Below, one piece after another: positions 33,765 to 40,116 of a DNA stretch of 40,116 nucleotides. The notes beneath the pieces are model-generated. The model saw only the letters and a program-made list of their open reading frames with translations. It did not search any database and had not been told where the DNA came from. The stretch is taken from IMG/VR virus record IMGVR_UViG_3300032132_000754, positions 1-40,116 of that record; one strand, 5' to 3'. Position 1 is the stretch's first letter. Every line of letters starts with the position of its first letter. A program made the position numbers and the translations under genes. Source of the stretch: a virus.

Positions 33765-36629
33765 TTAGAATTCCGCAGCAACATCAATACCAGCAGCAGC
33801 CAAGACTTCTTCAGCGGCGAAGCTTTGGTCAGTCCGTAGAATGACGAGGTTTAATACGATAAATTCAACAGCTCTTGTTGGTTTAATAAGAACACTAACC
33901 CACAGCTCATTTCGGTCACGACGAATTGGAGTATTATTTCGCTCATCGACAATAACATCGAAAGCAGTAAGACCACGTCTAGCTCGAACATCCTCAAGGG
34001 TTGGAACAATAGAATTTCTAACTTGGCTCCACAAAACACTATCATTAGGTTCGAAGAGGAAATTTCTCAACAGAGGAATTAGAGCTTTCTTCAAAGCAAT
34101 CAATAACATTCTGACGTTTACACGATCCAAAGCAGAGTCTTTACGCTGCAATGTACGCTGACCGAAAATTGTTACTCCGTCTTGTGGGAAGTTAACAATT
34201 GGGTTAACTGCGTTGTTGAAACCGTATAATAGGTCTCGCTCACCCTGAGTTGGGTTGAATTCGAGATTTAGGACAGTGTTCAAACGTCCACGGTTTAGGC
34301 CAGCCGGAGCGAACCAAAGCTCTGCTTCTCTGGCAGTTCTTGCGTAAACAGCAGAGACGTGGCCAGATGGTGGAATGAAGATCGTACCACCATTAAATTG
34401 GTCGAATACCTCAACCCATGACCAGTATAGTGCGCCATATGAGCTATTAAGTGAGACTTGGAGATCGCTAAAGAGCATTCCATTGTGCCAATCGACAACT
34501 TGTTGCGGACGTAGACCGAATGGTGGGTCAACTAAGTACATGCAGTCGCCACGGCCTTCGCACATCGCGAGAGATTGGGCGATAACTGCTCCAGAGCTAA
34601 ATCCGGGTGTGGATAGTAATGTGATGTCGAAAACTTCTGGGTTCTGGAATGCGAAGATTCCAGAACTTCTAGCAGCGTTACCAATGACAGCTTCATCCAA
34701 TTTAGAACTGAACATGGCGTCAAGAGGAATTCCGTTAGCTAGACCAGCGAACGCACGATGATTTACCTCGCCAGGTTGACGAACAGCGTAGTTAGATGCA
34801 TCGTTAGGATCGTTCTCAAGGAATACTGGACGTTCTTCCCAATTTAAGTAAGTATTGCCGTTTACACCACCGATTGTGCTACCAGGATTGACAACATTAC
34901 CAATATATCGTGCATCGGTTGGGTTGAAACTAGTGTCATCGACGCGAGCGTCAGGAATTTCTAGTCCTGCTGGGTCGAATACACTGACCTGATAACGGCC
35001 AGGTTGGTTATTGAAGTTAGTAACAGAAACTGTGTGTCCTGCAAGCCACGTTCCTGGAGATGGAGCTACTAAGTAGCCAACCAACGATGCATAATAAGCA
35101 ACGTCCAGAGCACATTGAGCACTTACCGGATCAGTTTCGCATGACAATGGAACCGATGGCGTGATAATGCCAGGTTCTGGCAATTCAACGCGTGGGTCGA
35201 AGAATCCACGGAATGCACGAGTGTGGACTTGGAAGTTCACTTCTTCAGCAAAACGCAAAGTCTTAATGTGGCTGAAATCAGCGAGCATTCGTAATTGGCC
35301 AAACTGATGATCTTCAGAAGCGATGACGAAAACTCGACGATCGTCATCAGTTACTCTAATGGCAAGTGACTCGTAATACCTTGAACCAAGAGCAACACCG
35401 CCAAGGTGCAGAGAGTTAGCTACAGACACCGGAGTTGCACTAGAGCTGATAGAAACAGTCGCTGCTAGATTAGTGGTTTGTTCGTCCTCGATTAAATCGA
35501 GGAAAACACGGTTGTTGTTTGAATTGATGTTAAACGGACCAGTGTCTGCGCCAACTAACCAACTACGTGGAATATCGATGGCCCATTTTTGTAATCCGAC
35601 TTCTAGAGCGAAAGCTTCAGTTCCGGTGATCTGAATGCGATCACCAGCGCCCCTGGTGCGAATGAAGAGATTAACGCCATCATATCCTGCAATAAAATCG
35701 ACTGCAGTGCCAACTAATGTATTGAAATCAGCGACAAAGTCGTCAGGATCATCGTATGTGGCAGCTGTTAAAGTAAAGGAAGCCGGAACACTAGGTGCGC
35801 CTTCGACTTCTAGGGAGAATGTTAAGTTATCTGGTCGTACTTGGAAAGTAAAGGTGTCGTCTCTCTCGATTGGAGAAGAGCCTGTTATTTCTACTCGCAG
35901 CACCAATCCAGTATCGTCATCTCCAGTACCAACCGCAATTGGCAAAGAGAAGGTTACACTACCGCTGGTTCCGCCTAGTACTAGTTGACCTGATGCAATA
36001 ATGGCCCCGTCACTGTTACGATAGAGATCATATCCAGCGCCGTCGAGGACACCGCTTGTTGGGTTAGATGTGATTAGAAGGTTGAAACTATCATCTGTTG
36101 GTCCGGTGTAAACATCAGAAAGGTCTGACCCAACGAAAGCCAAAGTTGCGATAGTTGGCCCGTCAGTCGTAGAGACGTCAAGGTCATTATAGTCGATATT
36201 GAATACTGCGGCAGCATGAAAATCGAGTGGAGCTTCTACGGTAGGAACTTGGATGTTGAGACGACCGAAATCGATTCCTTGGAAGACGGATACACGTCCC
36301 CAACCTTGGACGCGAGCGCCGGTATCGTCGATACAAATCTCTGCTAGTTCAGGCGCTTGGCCATCGTCACATGTGACGCCTACACGGAGTACCCACGCGG
36401 CGTTACCTTCTTCGAGGAAGGCTAATACAGCATATCCCAAGTTAGCTTCTGGAAGCGGCTCACCGAAAACTTCAACGTACTGCTCAGGGTTGGTGATCAG
36501 ACGAGGTTCATTTAGAGGGCCTTTTTGGGCCGCTCCGATGAATGCCGGGATTAAACCGGAAAAGTTAGCGGGGAGGACGCTAAGATCAATTTCTCTTGGA
36601 AATACTCCTGGTGAAAGGAAAACAGGCAT
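33765..36629 (-). CDS. gp18: Tail sheath protein (T4 gp18-like)
   Basis: LSPGVFPREIDLS, KGPLNEP, WFAPAGLNRG, GQRTLQ..SALDRVNVRML, LFEPND, IKPTRAVEFI; 954 aa with large inserted domains. Confidence 0.97.
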   Translation of the reverse strand: MPVFLSPGVFPREIDLSVLPANFSGLIPAFIGAAQKGPLNEPRLITNPEQYVEVFGEPLPEANLGYAVLAFLEEGNAAWVLRVGVTCDDGQAPELAEICIDDTGARVQGWGRVSVFQGIDFGRLNIQVPTVEAPLDFHAAAVFNIDYNDLDVSTTDGPTIATLAFVGSDLSDVYTGPTDDSFNLLITSNPTSGVLDGAGYDLYRNSDGAIIASGQLVLGGTSGSVTFSLPIAVGTGDDDTGLVLRVEITGSSPIERDDTFTFQVRPDNLTFSLEVEGAPSVPASFTLTAATYDDPDDFVADFNTLVGTAVDFIAGYDGVNLFIRTRGAGDRIQITGTEAFALEVGLQKWAIDIPRSWLVGADTGPFNINSNNNRVFLDLIEDEQTTNLAATVSISSSATPVSVANSLHLGGVALGSRYYESLAIRVTDDDRRVFVIASEDHQFGQLRMLADFSHIKTLRFAEEVNFQVHTRAFRGFFDPRVELPEPGIITPSVPLSCETDPVSAQCALDVAYYASLVGYLVAPSPGTWLAGHTVSVTNFNNQPGRYQVSVFDPAGLEIPDARVDDTSFNPTDARYIGNVVNPGSTIGGVNGNTYLNWEERPVFLENDPNDASNYAVRQPGEVNHRAFAGLANGIPLDAMFSSKLDEAVIGNAARSSGIFAFQNPEVFDITLLSTPGFSSGAVIAQSLAMCEGRGDCMYLVDPPFGLRPQQVVDWHNGMLFSDLQVSLNSSYGALYWSWVEVFDQFNGGTIFIPPSGHVSAVYARTAREAELWFAPAGLNRGRLNTVLNLEFNPTQGERDLLYGFNNAVNPIVNFPQDGVTIFGQRTLQRKDSALDRVNVRMLLIALKKALIPLLRNFLFEPNDSVLWSQVRNSIVPTLEDVRARRGLTAFDVIVDERNNTPIRRDRNELWVSVLIKPTRAVEFIVLNLVILRTDQSFAAEEVLAAAGIDVAAEF

Positions 36630-36653
36630 TTTTTAGTCCCCTAATAATTTCTC

Positions 36654-36661
36654 TATATCTT
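36654..36661 (-). promoter_or_regulatory. Putative late promoter AAGATATA (sheath)
   Basis: CAAAGATATAGAG in the intergenic gap. Confidence 0.55.
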
Positions 36662-36678
36662 TGATTAAATTCCCCAAA

Positions 36679-36960
36679 TTAGCGTGCATTCAGAACTTGG
36701 ACTCGGCCAGACTTCTGAAAGTTTTTAATTTGCTCAGGATACAAACGATCCTCAGGAAAACGCCCCATGCGTTTTGGGTAAAGCATAACTGTCTGTTCTC
36801 CGGAAAACCAATCGTGGCCTACTGGAGCTTTTAGTTGAATTGGAATTGTTTGTGAATCCATACGATTAATGATGGTGACATACTTAACGTTAGCAGCTTT
36901 TTCTTTCTGCTGACGGATTTCACGCTGTGTTAAAGGACGCAAAGGTCTCTTATCGCTCAT
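36679..36960 (-). CDS. Hypothetical protein
   Basis: 93 aa between gp15-like and sheath genes. Confidence 0.7.
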   Translation of the reverse strand: MSDKRPLRPLTQREIRQQKEKAANVKYVTIINRMDSQTIPIQLKAPVGHDWFSGEQTVMLYPKRMGRFPEDRLYPEQIKNFQKSGRVQVLNAR

Positions 36961-37790
36961 AATATTCTCCTAGAACTAGGTTTGATCACTTCAAAAACTT
37001 CGGTTGCCCCTTGTTCTCCGATGGTCTGAATCTTACCCAAAACAGTGGGTACGATTCGCCCTGGAAGAGGGATCCAACCTTCAATCTGGATATTAAAGTC
37101 ATAACGGACTTTAGCAAGTTGGTTTGGGTCGCTGTCAATATCGCTATTATCAGTCGCCCCTGTAAATTTTCCGATAATATTGCCTTGCATGAACTCGTCA
37201 CAAACGGTCCATTCAGCAAGAGGATTAAAACGAGAAATAATCTGATAGTCGATATATTCCATATCTCGTTTCCTCTCAGTCCAAACTGAAAGAGTATAAT
37301 CCACAAAAACGCCAAGTTCACGAGGGGAAACAATAGCTCTAGTACCATCTTTGTCGGCCATACGACGATAGAAATAATGACCAGCTGATGCCGGAGTCTG
37401 GCGCATAGGATTCCATTGCCAACCAGTCCTATTAACAGACATTACAGGCAGCTTGATGCGATTTTCACTATCGACATCCATCAATTGTTTCCAAAAAAGG
37501 ATGGTTTTATCACCACCAGCGATTCTAACTTCTAGTTTGCGATTGCCATCTTTAGTTGGAACATCGATATCTTGAAAAAATTCTTTAATGCCACGATCCA
37601 TCGTCCTTAATCCGTTAGGGTAAACATTATTGACATCATCGGTGGCAGTATTGATAGGATCATGGGCCTGAGCATCGACGCGATCAGCGGCTGGCTGATT
37701 TGCTACAGTCACTGGCACAACAGGATTGACTTCTGGTCGTACCCCCGCGTTTAAATTTTTTGGACTGAAATCGAAATTATGAATTGGCAT
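36957..37790 (-). CDS. gp15: Tail terminator / sheath stabiliser (T4 gp15-like)
   Basis: MDRGIKEFF, RIKLPVMSVNRTG, VDYTLSVWT..DM..I..QIISRFNP, EGWIP. Confidence 0.8.
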   Translation of the reverse strand: MPIHNFDFSPKNLNAGVRPEVNPVVPVTVANQPAADRVDAQAHDPINTATDDVNNVYPNGLRTMDRGIKEFFQDIDVPTKDGNRKLEVRIAGGDKTILFWKQLMDVDSENRIKLPVMSVNRTGWQWNPMRQTPASAGHYFYRRMADKDGTRAIVSPRELGVFVDYTLSVWTERKRDMEYIDYQIISRFNPLAEWTVCDEFMQGNIIGKFTGATDNSDIDSDPNQLAKVRYDFNIQIEGWIPLPGRIVPTVLGKIQTIGEQGATEVFEVIKPSSRRIL

Positions 37791-37796
37791 TGCTGA

Positions 37797-38153
37797 TTAT
37801 CTATTAGTATATTTGAAACCTAAACGTTTTAAAACATCATCTCCATACAACTTATTAGAACGCAGCCAACGATCTTCTTCGGCAGTTAAAGTGATCTCTG
37901 CTCCAGATTTTGGATCGATGCGCGAAAGTGTCCTACCTGGATTTTCAACTTTCAAAGGATTGCCAGCACCGTCTACTACCTTTTGTTGTTCGAAAATTTT
38001 GTTGGCTTTGTTAGTAAACCCAGATTCTTCTTCAACGGATGTTACTAATTGCTTTACAGATTCTTCTATGGCGTTCTGTTCGACTTCTTCTTTCAATTCA
38101 TCAATAAATTGAAAGACAGCTTTTTCTAGATCTCCAACATTATCGAATTTCAT
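37797..38153 (-). CDS. Hypothetical protein
   Basis: 118 aa, ATGA-coupled to the gp14-like gene. Confidence 0.7.
   Translation of the reverse strand: MKFDNVGDLEKAVFQFIDELKEEVEQNAIEESVKQLVTSVEEESGFTNKANKIFEQQKVVDGAGNPLKVENPGRTLSRIDPKSGAEITLTAEEDRWLRSNKLYGDDVLKRLGFKYTNR
37808..37815 (-). promoter_or_regulatory. Putative late promoter CAAATATA (gp15-like)
   Basis: Motif in the last codons of the upstream gene, 17 nt before ATG. Confidence 0.5.
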
Positions 38154-38761
38154 CGTGGTCTCTTATTTATTAAATGCGTGACTCTAACAGCATCATCTCC
38201 GGTAAGGAGTTCACAAACTGCGGTATAGTACAACCACCGATAATGATAATTGCCAGCATCATAGGCATTTAATACTCTAAACCTAGCAGGACCACGCAAT
38301 TTAGGAGCGTTAAACGGGATTTCAATTACGTCCCCGACAGTTATAAGGCGTTCCATACCAACTGATTTAGCCAAAACAGCTCTTGCGAACGTAATCGGGA
38401 TTTGGATATTACTATCAACTCCCCATTTTGTCAATTCAATATTAAGACTATCAACTTTAAACCAAGCTTTTAAATTGATTCCTTGGGCATATAATGGATC
38501 AGCGTCTTCATCCCACACATCATCTAAGTCTTCATGATCGATGTGTGGTTCTTTTTGAAATAAAGTAACGAAAGCTCCACCAACATTGATGGTTTCTTCG
38601 GCCCACCGTTCCGCAACAGCCAAATCTGGCTTAGCATGATTGTATACTGCTAAAGGAGTATGTTCTTTTTCGATGGCAGTTCTGTGATCCGGCAATCCGT
38701 CTATGGACGTGAACCGCTCATCTGTCTCGTTGAAATTTCTGTTAAAATCGTATACTGGCAT
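38150..38761 (-). CDS. gp14: Neck / head-closure protein (T4 gp14-like)
   Basis: EETINVGG, DDVWDEDADPLY, LTKWGVD, VGDVIEIP; position downstream of the gp13-like gene. Confidence 0.7.
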   Translation of the reverse strand: MPVYDFNRNFNETDERFTSIDGLPDHRTAIEKEHTPLAVYNHAKPDLAVAERWAEETINVGGAFVTLFQKEPHIDHEDLDDVWDEDADPLYAQGINLKAWFKVDSLNIELTKWGVDSNIQIPITFARAVLAKSVGMERLITVGDVIEIPFNAPKLRGPARFRVLNAYDAGNYHYRWLYYTAVCELLTGDDAVRVTHLINKRPR

Positions 38762-39150
38762 TAAAAAACGCCTTTAAGAGGGAATGCCTCACAAATTTCA
38801 CCAATCGAGATGGCTGGTTTCTTATTGAAAACATTGTCTACATCAATTGGTTCTGCGATATCCCTAAGAATTTGATACCAATCAGTTTGAGCCTTACAAT
38901 CCTTGCAGTTATCTGGCGAAGGAGGAGGCCCATCCGGAAGTACAAAAAACCAAGTCCGAGGGTTGCGCCAAGAAATAACCTGAGCATCAGGAATAGCAGC
39001 GATAGCGTCAGCCAGATCTACTACAGAAGCTCGGCAATCACGATTTTCCGCCAAAGTAGGACTTGTAAAAGCGCTTGTAGGCTCGCAGCCAGGAACAAGA
39101 ATTTTATTCCCTCTAAGGATCTCTAATCTATTTTGGATTTTAATGGTCAT
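38761..39150 (-). CDS. Hypothetical protein
   Basis: 129 aa with a CKDC motif; TAATG-coupled on both sides. Confidence 0.65.
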   Translation of the reverse strand: MTIKIQNRLEILRGNKILVPGCEPTSAFTSPTLAENRDCRASVVDLADAIAAIPDAQVISWRNPRTWFFVLPDGPPPSPDNCKDCKAQTDWYQILRDIAEPIDVDNVFNKKPAISIGEICEAFPLKGVF

Positions 39151-39635
39151 TATATCCTCTCAAGAATGTTAATTGCAAATCCAGTCGCCACATCACGATT
39201 GGCAACTACTTTACGCAATTGTTTTAGCCCTAACAACTTTGCTATATTTTTGGATATACTGATTGCAATTCTATTACTGTCAATAACTGCAACTTGGATT
39301 TCGCCATTTTTAATGCGCCCAGATCGTAAAACGCGCACTAGTACGATAGACGCTTCTTCAGACTTTCCATCTGAAGATTTGATATGTCTGACAGAGATCC
39401 TAGCCTCTTTATCGCGTTTAAGGACTTTTGAGACGTATCTATTAACTTTATTTGAAATTTGGGCAGCCCATTTATTAAGCTTTTTGGCAACTGCCTGGTT
39501 TACGCGAGAAACATCATTAGAAATTTCTCCCATCTTAGGCATGGTAGTGCCATCCAATTTGCGTTCAGTTAAGAACATTTTTTGGAAGTCTTCAAACGAA
39601 GATGAGGTAAATTCTTCTAAATCGATTTCATGCAT
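39150..39635 (-). CDS. Hypothetical basic protein
   Basis: 161 aa; preceded by the promoter motif. Confidence 0.7.
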   Translation of the reverse strand: MHEIDLEEFTSSSFEDFQKMFLTERKLDGTTMPKMGEISNDVSRVNQAVAKKLNKWAAQISNKVNRYVSKVLKRDKEARISVRHIKSSDGKSEEASIVLVRVLRSGRIKNGEIQVAVIDSNRIAISISKNIAKLLGLKQLRKVVANRDVATGFAINILERI

Positions 39636-39660
39636 TCTAAAATATATTTATCTCAGAATG
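39633..39660 (-). promoter_or_regulatory. Late promoter TAAATATA (39650-39643) within a 12-bp hairpin that covers the AUG
   Basis: CAUUCUGAGAUA-AAUA-UAUUUUAGAAUG with two G:U pairs. Confidence 0.55.
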
Positions 39661-40115
39661 ATTGGAAGAGGCTCTCCAAGAGAAATAGCAAATTCTAGAG
39701 CCTTCTCATATTCTTCACGTCCCTCGGTCACTAAAGCTTCACCATCGGAAGCAATAGACCCACCATCGGGACCTGGGATGCCGCTCAATTTGCGGCGCGC
39801 TTGCCCAACATGGACTTTCATTTGGGCAAGGAATGCCCTATATGTAGTTTCTTGCGCTTGTGGAGATCTAAATGTGTCTACGGATGGAAGGTATTGAATG
39901 ACGACTGGAAAGCTTCCCTTAGGAACTGGAAATAATTTGATGGTCCCACCATAATTAGTCCCAACACCATTGACGCTGTCGGCTGGACCACGCTCTACTT
40001 TAAATTCCCAAGTGCCTTCATTACCTAGGATTCTTTGGCTGAATTTTCTATATGACTGAAGCAAGTGATAATCAGTGAGAATGTTTTGAATCCCACTGAT
40101 ATTACCAATGTTAAA
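39648..40115 (-). CDS. gp13: Neck / head-tail adaptor protein (T4 gp13-like), 5'-truncated by the window
   Basis: VGQARRKLSGIPGPDGGSIASDGEALVTEGREE C-terminal motif; frame stays open to the window edge. Confidence 0.82.
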   Translation of the reverse strand, partial: FNIGNISGIQNILTDYHLLQSYRKFSQRILGNEGTWEFKVERGPADSVNGVGTNYGGTIKLFPVPKGSFPVVIQYLPSVDTFRSPQAQETTYRAFLAQMKVHVGQARRKLSGIPGPDGGSIASDGEALVTEGREEYEKALEFAISLGEPLPIILR

Positions 40116-40116
40116 C

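Noticed and set aside
17477-36629. Bacterial contractile injection system (eCIS/T6SS/tailocin) interpretation
   Set aside because: Capsid, portal, terminase, protease, neck and replication genes are all present, so this is a phage
39133-39897. 254-aa plus-strand ORF
   Set aside because: Fully antisense to two coherent minus-strand genes including the gp13-like neck gene; no recognisable motifs; shadow ORF
1-40116. Alternative genetic code (stop-codon reassignment)
   Set aside because: Conserved genes are full length in code 11, and TAA, TAG and TGA all terminate genes at expected ends

Overview
A 40-kb segment of a large T4-superfamily (probably jumbo) myophage genome. It is almost entirely a minus-strand virion morphogenesis cluster. 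In transcription order (right to left): neck gp13 (partial) and gp14, tail terminator gp15, sheath gp18, two tail tubes, a gp26/gp51-like tail/baseplate chaperone, hub, tape measure, tube initiator, gp53, gp5 spike, gp25, gp6, then terminase, portal, a 1111-aa low-complexity core-like protein, prohead protease, scaffold and major capsid protein. Non-structural genes are interleaved: primase, a possible gp59-like loader, a class II (B12) ribonucleotide reductase, a UvsW-like helicase and a gp55-like late sigma factor. The standard genetic code fits, and I saw no tRNA, CRISPR, IS or intein. Most notable observations: (1) the gp5/VgrG-like spike carries, after a Gly/Pro linker, a C-terminal domain patterned like a Tpt1/KptA-type ADP-ribosyltransferase fold, an 'evolved VgrG'-like architecture on a phage; (2) a candidate +1 recoding site UUU-UUU-CGU, preceded by a perfect 9-bp hairpin, links the chaperone to an unannotated downstream ORF; (3) a recurring late-promoter motif (C/T)AAATATA / AAGATATA is often embedded in hairpins that hide the RBS or start codon, and sometimes sits only 3-4 nt from the start codon (leaderless mRNA). 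All family assignments are by-eye motif recognition, not database searches.
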